A DNA stretch of 64,000 bases from Trichosphaerium sp. ATCC 40318 (lineage: Eukaryota; Protista; Tubulinea), in contig JALMLS010000474.1 of the NCBI GenBank assembly GCA_038496445.1, positions 1-64,000 on the forward strand, given 5' to 3'. Positions within the stretch are counted from its first letter, which is position 1, and each line of letters opens with the position of its first letter. The position numbers and the translations under genes were made by a program. The notes below the pieces were generated by a model. That model saw only the letters and a program-made list of their open reading frames with translations. It searched no databases and was not told the origin of the DNA. Shown piece by piece: positions 13,561 through 25,929 of this stretch.

Positions 13561-15471
13561 TCATGTTTGATTACAAAGCACTTGATCCACTATCCCAGAC
13601 TTAGAAACTATGAAATAATGTTAGAAGATAGCAGTACTTTTGTGATTATAATTTGCGACTTACTCTTTTCAAGGAATGCATCTCCAAGCTTTGCACTACA
13701 CCCAAATTGCTTTTCACGTGTAACAAGCTTTTCTTTGCTTTGACTATCAAACAAAGGATTGACAATGAGACAGTTTATGAACAAAAACAATTGATTCTTA
13801 ATCTAGAAAAAAAATCACCTGACAAAAAAGAACATCAACTAAAACAAACCTGTGACACTTTTATCTTTGAAGATGGATCTATCCTTTCCTTGATGATAGG
13901 TATCAAGTATTTTACTATAGCTTTTGATACATGGTTAACATGTGTTCCACCATATGTAGTACGATTCAGGTTTGCAAAGGAAATATGATGGAAAACACCT
14001 GTGGTGTTTAAGGCAACACATACCTCCCATCTTTAGAAACAGTCAACACTTTTTGTAAGCAACAAGTTACCTTTTTCTTCCATCCTTCATGATAACTTCA
14101 GGGCCATAGAAAGCTTTACATTTGTGAGCGCTTTGTGTAAAGAGTCTGGCATAGTCAGCAAATGAATCAAACATAATCTCTTTTCCATTCAAGAAAACAC
14201 TGAGCTCTGAGTTGCATCCTAGTACGTCTTACTCAAACAATTCTGTGTAGCTAGTAAAATTACATACCTGCCACTTCATATACCCTAGACTTTAATATCT
14301 TTACATGATCAGCATCAAGTCCTTGGATATTGAAACGTTTGTAATCAGGTTTGAATGTAACTTTAGTGTAAGATTCTGTGCAAATTGTAATTTCAGGAAT
14401 AGTCCTATCAGCCATATTGTTCATAAAAGTTTGCTTAAATTTCCGACTTTTTGAAGTGTCCGCAGTTTCTATGGTAAATTCTGAACTACGTTGATACATG
14501 AGTATACAAACCGCTGTTAAAAAAAAACAAACAAAAAAATTTGAAAATCTTTTTGAAACATCAAGTACACGTGATGCATATTGACGAAAAAAATCCTTAT
14601 AATTCTTGTTACTACTATTGTACCTGAATATATTTGTAAGTTTTGCGCCCAGACCATGATGCCCATCTACTGAGATGTAAATTTTTTGAGATTACCAAAT
14701 GAAACAATTACAAAGAGATTCAACATTATTTTGACAAAAACTTGGTACCAGTGCCATCGAAATTTCCGCCTGTGCCCATTTTCCCAAAGATAAGTTCTGG
14801 TATATACATATTAAGTTCTCTATGCATCACAACAGGAATTCCTCAAGGTAGTGTCAAAACAAATTTAAACATTTTTGGCTATATTTTCTTTAAAAATAGT
14901 TATGTCCTTCTCCTTACCTTTGCCGTCATTCCAAATTGATATTGAAGACGTTTCTTCGTTTATTGTAACTCTAATACTTTTCACAGTATCATCACGCAGA
15001 TGATGCTCAGCTGCGTTTAAAAGAACTTCATCAAAAATCTTAATTAAACCAGGTACAAATGTAACTTTTGTTAGTTCTCCTCTAAGGGTAAAAACACAAG
15101 GTGTCAGCACAATATCAAGGTAAACATAACAAGCCCAACCAATTAAGTTACAAAAAAAGAGACCACGTGTTGAACCGTTTTCTGCGATAAAAAAAGGCGC
15201 CAAAGCCTGGTTCTCAGAAAGAGCGTAATTTGCGTTGGTTTGAAAAAGTACGACCTTGCGAAGTGGTATTTGATGGAATTATTGAACTACAGTACGTACT
15301 GTATGTTTGTGTTATCTATATCGTCTACTAGCCATAATTTATCTTCTCTTAGAGTCGTAGAGCCTTTAAAACGTTATAGTCGAGTATGTTCTGTTTTCTG
15401 TTACCTATGTACATATCCGGTCTGTGCAGCACATGCTCACGAAGATCCATCTTTGCATAACCACTTGACAT
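13561..15471 (-). CDS. Stand-alone topoisomerase II N-terminal module (GHKL ATPase + transducer), without TOPRIM or cleavage domains
   Basis: Nine exons splice in frame: MSSGYAKMDLREHVLHRPDMYIGS...FVPGLIKIFDEVLLNAAE...IWNDGKGIPV...YIPELIFG...GLGAKLTNIFS...YTKVTFKPD...RWEVCVA...GGTHVNHV...NCLIVNPLFDSQSKE...KSGIVDQVLCNQT*. TGA at 13561-13563. Confidence 0.85.
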
Positions 15472-15726
15472 TGTTTCGTTGTGAGTACAGCTATGTCTCA
15501 GCTATGTTAAGTTTACAAACACCTTAACAAGTTTAAGTCAGATACTCAGTTTGGTAGTGCACAATCACGAGATTACTTTTGGACCAACAAAGCGCACCAG
15601 TCTTGTACAGGAAAAAAAAATTGTTAGTAAAGTTGTAGATACGTTACTTCTCATTGTGTTTCTATCTTCGCAGAATCCAGAATTGTTCATTGAAATACCT
15701 TTTATTTTTGTTTGTAAGTTTGTTAA

Positions 15727-16827
15727 ATGACACGTATCTCTATCCTCGGTACTCTCGCTGTAATTTTATCACTTGTATCACTGTATAAGTGTCAGAGGCC
15801 TCCTGGATACTTGTTTGCTGAGTTATCAACAGCTACAGGTATTGTAGAAATATTCTCAACAGACTTGGCACTACAAGGTACAAATACACTTACGCTGTAC
15901 AATTAACTTGGTTTCTTTTTGTTTAGGTCTTGCGCCTCTTGGTGTAAATGCTCAGTTCGAACTTGTAAGCTCTCCTGGTTCACGTACAAGGAGGGCATCC
16001 GTGAGTATGTTTCGTTGTATCACGTGTCCATAACAAAATAATCTAATTACCGTTTCTTAGTACCTTCTATGGATGGCCAGATACTTCTCATTGTGCTTTC
16101 CCAACAGTTCGAGCCATTAAAAGTATCTGTGAGAACATTAGATAACACTGAGATTTGTTTCGCTTCAGTACCTCAACTGTCGACACATTTGCTTGCCCGC
16201 GCAGAATTTGTTTCTGAAACGGAGTTTTATGTAGCAACATCGTTGGTTATTGCAATACAGAAGTATACAATTGATATCACAAAGAATATTGATTGTATAT
16301 CTGGACCGATCCTGCCTGATTGTACAACGTCAGGAGCGCTAGGATGTGCGTCAGCTTCTTTTTTTTTGTTGCTTTTGTTTTTTTGTACCTATATTTTTCT
16401 ACAGTGATTATTGATGATGATATTACGTACTTGGGTTTTGGTAGAAGTATTCAAACAATTGAGACATCTGCTCTATTTGCAAATCCTTGTAGAACTCAAA
16501 CAGTTGCCCTAACTGATATATCTCAGTTTGCTTACAGTATTGAAAGACTAGACGAAAATACACTTCTAGCAGTAGATTCTTCTGGTGATTCTTTCACAGT
16601 AGATAAAGCTACAGGTACACTTGTTTTAAACTGTTTTGTAAAGTGATTGCTAAATACAAACCAAAGGTGATTTCGAACCGTACAATAGCGCTGCTCTCTT
16701 TAGTCCGCTTTTACAACCAATATATTACCCTGGTACTCCTAAGCCATGTATTCCCAACATTACACCAGAGATGAGTGCTACGAGGATTCAAATATTGTCC
16801 AGCAAACAGTCTTATCATAGTGGGTAA
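15727..16827 (+). CDS. Secreted protein of unknown function, tandem copy A
   Basis: Signal peptide MTRISILGTLAVILSLVSL; 5 exons with GT-AG introns; near-identical to copy B. Confidence 0.7.
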
Positions 16828-17863
16828 CTAGTTATCGTAATTGAAATAAAAAACTGAATCATCTTCAACTCATCACTCCACCAGTAGCCTAGTAGTCAAA
16901 CCACATTGTTGGAATACGCCTTTTATAAGTGGCTGTTTTTTATGACAGTATAAATAAGTATTTTACTGGCGTTTGATAAGTGAGAGGTAGTTGTTTAAGT
17001 ACGGTAGTATCGTAAAACAACATCAGCAAGTAGCAGTTCTATACAATGGCAGATTACGATTCAAAAAGTTTTTGTGTTGATTGATTGAATGTTTCAATTG
17101 ATTTATGTAATTTGTTGTATATGTACAAGAGATAACTCCAATTTAATAAATGGGAAGGGTCTCTGGCTACGTGATCCAGGGGATCGAAGCTGAGTGAGAC
17201 GTATTCTCTCCTCCAATCTGGTATTGTAGATCAACAAGAACGCGTGAATCTAACACCTCAAGAAAAATAGTTTGTCACGTACTTAGTGTACCAAATAAAA
17301 TATAATTGGTTGAAAACATGTGGTGTCAATAATCTGTGTGCGCACACGTGATTTTATTTCCTCCATAACTGACAAGATCGTCAGATCTTGTAGTTGTTGA
17401 TAGATCTTGCAAGAACTAACATAAGTTGCAAGATCTGTCGATGTGACTAAACGCGAAAACCAAAAGTCACAAACAGCTAAAAGATGGACAATAAAGTCAA
17501 CTGTACATATATAACAAGTTACCTATCTCCAATCCTTCATGATTACTTTAGGACCATAGAAAACTTTCCTTTAATTTTGTAAATGTTGCTTGGATAAATA
17601 AGGGCGCCAAAAGCTGGCCATGGTTCTCAGAGATGTCTGTGTTAAGTTTTAGACAACTTAACAATACAAGTTTTATGTCAGACTTGGTAGTACACAATCT
17701 GATTACTGTTATAGGACCAACAAAGCGCACCTGCGCTTACACAAAAAAAAAATTTGTTAGTAAAGTTGGTGATACGTTACTTCTCATTGTGTTTCTATCT
17801 TCGCAGAAGTCCAGAATTGTTCATTGAAATACCTTTTATTTTTGTTTGTAAGTTTGTTGTTAA

Positions 17864-18955
17864 ATGACACGTATCTCTATCCTCGGTACTCTCGCTGTAA
17901 TTTTATCACTTGTATCACTGTATAAGTGTCAGATACCTCCTGGATACTTGTTTGCTGAGTTATCAACAGCTACAGGTATTGTAGAAATATTCTCAATAGA
18001 CTTGGCTCTACAAGGTACAAACACACTTACGCTGTACAATTAACTTGTTTTCTTTTTGTTTAGGTCTTGCGCCTCTTGGTGTAAATGCTCAGTTCGAACT
18101 TGTAAACTCTCCTGGTTCTATAAGGAGGGTATCCGTGAGTACGTTTGTTGTATCACGTGTCCATAACAAAAGAATCTCAATACCGCTTCTTAGTGCCTTC
18201 TATGGATGGCCAGATACTTCTCATTATCCTCGCCCAACAGGATGAGCCATTAAAAGTATCTGTGAGAACATTAGATAACACTGAGATTTGTTTCGCTTCA
18301 GTACCGCAAGACTCGACATATTTATTTGCACGTTCAGAATTTGTTTCTGAAACGGAGTTTTATGTAGCAACATCGATGGTTTTTGCAATACAAAAGTATA
18401 CAATTGATATCACAAAGAATATTGATTGTATATCTGGACCGATCCTGCCTGATTGTACAACGTTAGCAACGCAAGGATGTGCGTCAGCTTCTTTTTTTTT
18501 GGTTTTTTTTTGTACCTATATTTTTCTACAGTGATTATTGATGATGATATTACGTACTTGGGTTTTAGTGATAGTATTGAAACAATTGAGACATCTGATC
18601 TATTTGCAAATCCTTGTAGAGCTGATATAGTTACCCTAACTGATCAAATTCCGGGTGATTACAATATTGAAAGACTAGATGATAATACACTTCTAGCAAT
18701 AGATTTTTCTGGTAATTCTTTCACAGTAGATAAAGCTACAGGTACACTTGTTTTAAACTGTTTTTGTAAAGTGATTGCTAAATACAAACCAAAGGTGATT
18801 TCGAACCGTACAATAGCGCTGCTCTCTTTAGTCCGGTTATACGACCAATATACTACCCTGGTAATCTTAAGCAGTGTATTCCCAACATTACACCAGAGAT
18901 GAGTGCTATGAGGATTCAAATATTGTCCAGCAAACAGTCTTATCATAGTGGGTAA
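17864..18955 (+). CDS. Secreted protein of unknown function, tandem copy B
   Basis: Same exon-intron structure as 15727-16827. Confidence 0.7.
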
Positions 18956-19112
18956 CTAGCAATTGAATAAAAAACTGAATCATCTTCAACTCATCACTCT
19001 ACCAGTGTGGCCTAGTAGTCAAACCACATTGTTGTACTGATAGTTTTAATGCTGACAACTGAGCCATAAAGGTCGGACAAAACACCTTTATTTAGAACAG
19101 GGGGACAGTTTT

Positions 19113-21619
19113 TTACACCTTATTTTCAAACCAAGAGCATGGTTGTCTATCGCCTCCCCACCATCCATCGCCACTTCTACATGTGCCTATACAAAGGATT
19201 AATGCGACAACAATGTGCATCAAAATTGCAATACACAAAGAAACACGTACCATCAGCATGATTTGTTTTGGATTGATAAAAGTTGTTTTGATATTTCGTT
19301 GTAAATGATAATCCACATTTACAACTATCTACAAAAGCGACCATACCATCATTACTTTGCTTTGAAAAAAAAATAAGTAAGCGTCAAAACAAAGTAAGTG
19401 CATTCGGAAGAATTCATCTACACGTGCTTTGCACGTGATACGTAAAAAAAATACCAAGCTTCCTAAATGAAAAAGAATGTACCTTAAACCCTGCCAAAGT
19501 GTCTATCAAAGCTAAAGCGGGGCTGTATAGCGTGTTGAGACCCCAAGAGCTATCTCCACATTGAGCACCTTTAAGGTATCGTACTGCTATTGGTTGAAGA
19601 GCACTAATACCAGCAGTTTCAGGTCGAAGTGTATTGTACACTGGGTACGCTTTTCTACCATCACAGTAATCTCCAGTAGCTGCTGCAACAATACTCACAG
19701 CGCTCACTTTAATTAATATTATTAGTATACGCAATGATTAACAAATATAATACACGTACAAGCGTCTTTACATCCTTCATCGACATATGTAGCAGCAACA
19801 GACCCAGAGAAAGGCACTTGGCTCTAGAAGGAAATAATTAGTGATATGATCTGATGGAGATAAGCTGTTCAAAAAAAATGCACGTGTAGTAAGTTAAATT
19901 CATGAAGAAAAGTTCCGTAATTATCAGAAGGTATCGTACTTGATACCAACTCGCTGAAGGTGCCAATACGCAAAGACCTGAATTAATAGCTGCTGCCAGT
20001 GTCATGCCAGCTAATGAAAATATTAATTTATTATAAGTAGTACTCTAGCTAAAACGTACCCATAGAGTGTGTGAATATAATAGCATCAGAAATGATTTTA
20101 TCCTTTAATCAAAATGTAAGCACAAAAAGTTAAAAAACGTGTTCGACGACTTAGTCTTCATGCATTTAAGGCGAAATATCCGAGGAGTTTAAACAACGTA
20201 CTTGATCTGCTTGAAGAAATGCGCAAGTTTCTTTTTGTAATCCTTGATCATTCCATCCTCTTGAGCGTGTATCCATGGAAGCAAAAGTACGTTTACTAAA
20301 AGAGGGAAAGAAATAAGAACACATCAAAACGCCTTCACAATATTTACCTGCATTGTGGCGTATGCTTGTGAACATCTCCCCAGTATTCCTTTGACGGGAA
20401 TCCAGTCAGATTCATAGTATTCTCCATACTCTTTGATGGCATAACACCAGCCCCATGAACGAAATAACAAGGCTTTTGTGCCATGGTTTGTTTAACTTCT
20501 TTGTTGTACCTACAAAACAGGTTTAAGTATCGATCTCTAGTGAACTCTGTACCATTTTTTTTGTCCTTCTGTATCATCTGAGACATACTTATACGTTGTT
20601 TTCTCACATGTTGATACAACATGATTACTATCAACAGCTTGAACAAACTTGTTTTTATCAATTTTAAATTCAGCTGTGAAATCTTTGGAGAAGAACTGAT
20701 AACTCATTGTCGTTATGTCAACACAAGCTAAGTAATCAAGACCCAAGAATGAGAACTCATACAAGTCACCTATTTCATTTTACGTAGTAAATAATACGTC
20801 TTGGTAGTGCGGACTAGATTCAAAGAAAAAGAAGAAAAACGGCTTGATTAAAAAAAAAACACAAAACGAACTCTTACTTGCGCAGTCTACGTCTTCGCTT
20901 ACTTCTGACTTTTCAACGAGCTTGGCGCTCTCAAACGCAGCTCTATAGTACCACATCAAAATACAGTACACAATCTAAAAATAAACGTACTTCAAGCCAT
21001 CAAGAGGAGGAACTTCGTCAGAATCAACACAACCATCAATATGTTTTCCTGAAGCAGCATCAATAGAAAACGTTTGTCTTCCCTTTTCAAAAAAAATTAA
21101 TCAGCCATCAAAGCGACACCTCAAAAAGAGAAAAAGAAACCACAATGTCGAAACCGTGCTAACACCAACTTTTTGTGAGCAAAAAAAAAATTAAAAATAA
21201 ATCATGGCTAGTACATCATCATAAACCGTAGTTTCGGTGTAAGTATCAAATTCATTCTTGTGAATATCTAGTGAACTCCCTTGGATATGCCAATCGCCGT
21301 TTGAGTCAAGCGTTTTGGAAAACTTTCCTACAGATTTTTGTTATTTTTAGGCAGAAAAACCGTTTCGCCGTGGATACAAACACGTGCTGGTTGTTAAACG
21401 TTCATATTACCTTCGTAACTGTAAGCGCTATCCAGAGATTTTGAAGTAAACGTTCCAGATACCGTATCTGGTGTAGGAATACCTCCAAGAGCTGATAGAA
21501 TGCGTTAAAGAAAATTCAGTAGGTCGCGACGAGAAATTGCGTTTTACGCTCCCAATTCAAAGCGTACCAGCTGCTACAAGTAGAAGTAACGCCGCGAAAA
21601 GCTTCATAGTGATGCTCAT
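19113..21619 (-). CDS. Secreted alpha/beta-hydrolase (lipase-like), multi-exon
   Basis: Signal peptide MKLFAALLLLVAA; CYFVHGAG oxyanion segment, THSMAG nucleophile elbow, NDGMV (Asp), NHADG (His); ends RQPCSWFENKV*. Confidence 0.7.
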
Positions 21620-22179
21620 GTGTGATCAGATAAAGCCAATCACTTTTCGTTTATAAAATAATATTAATTTTGTTCGAGTTTTCTAGCCTCGCTTAACACA
21701 CTGCAAATAGTTCCTTGATGTAATTAGATACTATGTACTCTCAGTAAGGCACTGACGGCATAGTGGTAGAGCCCTTTACCGAGCATGGTATCTGTACAAT
21801 GTGACATATCCTATTGAACAAGTTTCTGTACACTTTCTATTTTGTTGAAGTCAGTTGCTGGCTGTCATTATTTTTTAGCTCGGTACTTCCTACTGGTAAT
21901 TATGCCCAATCGATTTGTGTCTTCTTCTCTTCAACAGATAATGAATGTTGAAGTGCTACAACTGATGAAGACTTTAAACCACGCCTTTGTTTTTACCCAC
22001 GAAGATTCCAAGCTCAAGCTTCATGTGAAAACCTGCAAAGGAACTTACGCTGTTGTATGCTCCTCGTAATAGTACATCGAAACATAACAAAGCGTTTAAT
22101 CTCAGCCGTACGATTTCTCAGGATTTGACAGGCAAAACACTATTTGGCAAAGCCAACGTAGTTACTAACATACACGTTT

Positions 22180-24152
22180 ATGGCGAAACCACAATCTTCG
22201 TCGGCTAATTTACAATATGTTAACCGTTTGGCCACTGGTTGGGCACATTCAATGGTAATCGCAGACGATGGCTTTGTTTACACATGGGGACGAAACGATA
22301 ACCGCCAATTGGGTAACACAGACGAAAAAAAGAGTTCTATCGCAAGACCAATAAAGTCACTTGTAAATATCGTCTGTATTGCTGCTGGATACGAATATAA
22401 CCTTGCAGTTGATTCAAACAGTATTGTGTATGCATGGGGATATAATTCAGAAGGTCAATTGGGTCTGGGTCACTTTGCGTCACCTGTTTCGTCACCAACA
22501 CGTGTTCCAAATCTCAACAATATCACGAAAGTCTCTGCCTTTTTAGTGAGTATGGCGTTATCAAAATCAGGTCGTGTTTATTCTTGGGGAAGCAACTTCT
22601 TTCAAGGATTGGGTCATTCATTCGACAAGTGGAACATTTCATCACCAGCGGTTATTCCAAATCTTCAAAATGTTCAAAAAATTCAAACTAATGAGCATGT
22701 AAGTGGAGCAATGACATCAAGCGGTCATGTCTTGCTTTGGGGAACAACTAAAGATAAAGCACATGATAAATCATTATTCTTGAAACGAAAGACAATTTCA
22801 CGTGTTCCAAGTATTGATGATGCCACTGATATTGCCATTGGTCAGTCTCATGTGCTTGTTCTCCTCAAGTCAGGACAAGTATTTTCTTTTGGACGTGACT
22901 GGCAAGGGCCTCTTGGGTTGGGTATTGATCGCGAGTATGGCCAGGGTATCATCAAAGGACTCAATAACATTGAATCTGTCCATGCTGGTCTTTGGTCATC
23001 ATTTGCAATTGATGATGAAGGTTGTTTGTTTGGTTGGGGTCAAGGGAAATGGATTGATTCGTTCTGGACAAACAAACCATTAAAATTACCTGGAAAATAT
23101 CTTGAGTTTGCCAATAAACGAGATCATTACTTGGCAATATCTCATGATTGTAGATTGGTTACAGGTGGCTCTAACGATTATGGTGAATCAGAACCACAAA
23201 AATTGACATTCAACAATCAGTATTTTACAGTCGACACTCAACAATTGGATGAACGGCCAATCAACAAGTCATCAATCAAAGTTCATCCATCTGAAGAGAC
23301 GTACATTTCAAAAAAGGCCATTCGAGATGTACCTCAGAAGTTTGGACAAACAAAACAAGATCTTCAGATTCTCGAAAATGCACGTCATCGCATTCAATCC
23401 AAACAGCAAAGTAAGTGTTAAGTCCACTATTCTCAAGTTTTATAACTCTTTATACTTTAAAGGACAAGAAGACTCTATTGATTCAATCAACTACAACCCA
23501 TCCGCCAATGAATCAAATCAACGTCCACCTTTAAATGAAGCTGATGATCTTGTATCAAGACAATCATGGCTTCAAGATGAGTTTGAAACAATCAACCTTG
23601 GCAACGTACAACCAAAATATTATTTCATTCAAAATATTCTCTATTTATTTATTTACGTCAATGTTAAGGATGCTTCTTCCGATGCAATAGGAGCCAAATC
23701 AACCTCTTGGCACTTCAAAGGCGATTCATCTATCAAGAACCCTTCTCAACCTTCCGTTGATGTAGATGACCTTGTTTCGCAACAGTCCTGGAAGAACAAT
23801 GTTGAATCAATTAATATTGATAAGAGAAATGTATCAATGCCAGTTGTACCTGAAACAGTAGACGTTGGCAAAGTACGACTCTTTCTCTCGGAAGCGATAC
23901 ATCACCTAACTTTTATTGCAGCCTTCACCATCAGCTCCAATTGTACCAGAACAACCGTTGAGAGGGAAAGTTGAATGGGTGAATATCTTGATTTTGGCAG
24001 GGATTGATAGATCAAGAGCTCAAACACTTGGATCAATGTTGGATGAAGCATGTATTGAGATACAAGAGTTAAAAGGAGAAATTATGAAAGTGTTTGATTT
24101 TACAGCAATTGAGCGTGCAAAAGTTATCAAGTATAAAAAAGACCATTGTTAA
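22180..24152 (+). CDS. RCC1/BLIP-II-type beta-propeller + linker + SAM-like domain (paralogue 2)
   Basis: RCC1 repeats; linker with a duplicated DDLVS(R/Q)QSW motif; last exon EWVNILILAGIDRSRAQTLGSMLDEACIEIQELKGEIMKVFDFTAIERAKVIK. Confidence 0.85.
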
Positions 24153-24419
24153 ATCAATAATAAATAGTAGTTTACAAAAAAAACATGTGTTGATTCTCAT
24201 TTCTGATTCACTGCATGTCGACCACATCTAACAAGTTCCGCTTATGTACACCATGCATTTGTGCTTATAAGTAGTGAAGGGGTGTTGGAGGCAATTATGG
24301 CTTCTTGGAGGGTTTTTTTAATTATCTTCACATTCACAAGTCGCTAAGTGGAATGTAACTTCTTTGTCTGTCCTTTTCGCACGTGATGATTTTTTCCTAA
24401 TTCATATGGTTCATTTGAA

Positions 24420-25635
24420 GGCTATGGTACCCTTCAAAGTAACGTGCTAAATCACGGCTCAATAAATATTGGCCATCGTGAGCTTGGTGGTACTCACAGT
24501 TTGAATATCATTGGTGATTACATCCAAACAGGAAACTTGCAATTAGACGCTAATGAAACTGGTATGAAATACTTACACATGATATTCTTTGATTTAACGT
24601 TATTGGTAGCCATTGGTGAGTTGAAACAGGTAAAATGTCACTTACTCGGCAATCAAACATATCATCAAATCAAAATCGAGTTAGTCTCTTCAGAGGAAGG
24701 CAGTACAGGCAGATTTGAAGTGTACGTACCAGGCACAAATATAAATTTACTCAATCACACTTTAGTATCAATGGTCTTGATGAACGAAACGTGGCTTATC
24801 CAGTAAATGGAGTGAGGTATGATTATTTTTTTAAGTAAAGCTCACTAATCAATAAACAGATTCTGTGCTGTTGTCAACTTGCCAGAGGGAAATAAATGCA
24901 TTATCGTTTTAGAAGATGATTGTGAAAGAGGTTGTGCCTTTGAAGATATTGTTATAGATGTATCATTTGGTACAGTAGTGCTAGAGGGTACTTTAATTTT
25001 GTACTTACTGTATTTCTTTAATCCTCCTCATGTAGGAGATGTTGAGTTCAACAAAGGCGTGGAAATTCTTATAGATACTGATACCCAGATTATAATTGAA
25101 GGATGCCCTTCTTTCGCACCGAATACAACCATCAAAGCAGTACCAGATGCTAATTTCACAGGGCACTTGGATTTATTCGTATTTCAACCACATTGTATTG
25201 TGGATCTTGACAACATAAACATTGCTGTGGATACTTCAAGACCAAGAGAAATTCACCTTTGTAACGCAAGAGGTCCGGCCAAAAAAACACGTGATTTTGC
25301 TTCACCAAACTAATCACTAAATAGATTCAACATCAATACGATTATTTGGACCTTGTGCTACTTCGTCATCAACTTCAAATGCCAGGATCTATGGTATTGG
25401 CTTTGGAGTGACCATTGCTGTTATAGTACTTGTTATTATAATCATCATTGCAACACCACGACTAAGAAACGCTATTTGTCCTTTTATCATCAAGTATAAA
25501 GTAGATTCAATGGTTGAAAGTATCACAGGAAAACCAGCTCCAAGACTAGCTGGAACAAAAGCATCAGTAGGTGATAATGGTAAATATGTCGAGTCTGATG
25601 ATAGCGGATCGAGCAAGTACAGTGGTATGCCATAA
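24420..25635 (+). CDS. Membrane-anchored protein, 5' end not resolved (possibly truncated)
   Basis: Beta-rich exons followed by TM segment GIGFGVTIAVIVLVIIIIIA and a short tail; no convincing start codon. Confidence 0.45.
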
Positions 25636-25929
25636 AAAAACGGAAATGATGATAGCGAGATGACTGAGTATTCAGGTTAATATTGTAGCCACAAGAAATA
25701 ACTAAATTTGAGAGCACTTGTTAAACTGATTGTAATTAATTAATTGTTTCCACATAACTATTATGCTTTGTAAGAAATAACTTAAAGTACTACATGTTAA
25801 AAGTTGTCTACTTTATTTTCTACATTGCACCTAAAAAATACAATCTAAGCTAGCATACATCAGTGCTAATCAATAGTTTGCAATGGAGTTCCACCTACCG
25901 TTGTGGAATAAGCTGTGTCTAAAAGAAAA

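Larger units (their letters stand above)
15500..19034 (+). repeat. Direct segmental duplication of about 1.4 kb (about 15500-16913 and about 17636-19034)
   Basis: Promoter, exons, introns and 3' flank align almost base for base. Confidence 0.9.

Noticed and set aside
15218-15495. Apparent insertion with TCTCAG target duplication relative to copy B
   Set aside because: The segment holds exons 1-2 of the Top2-ATPase gene; it is not a mobile element.
21755-21800. A-box-like GGCATAGTGGTAGAGC
   Set aside because: No B-box or cloverleaf follows.
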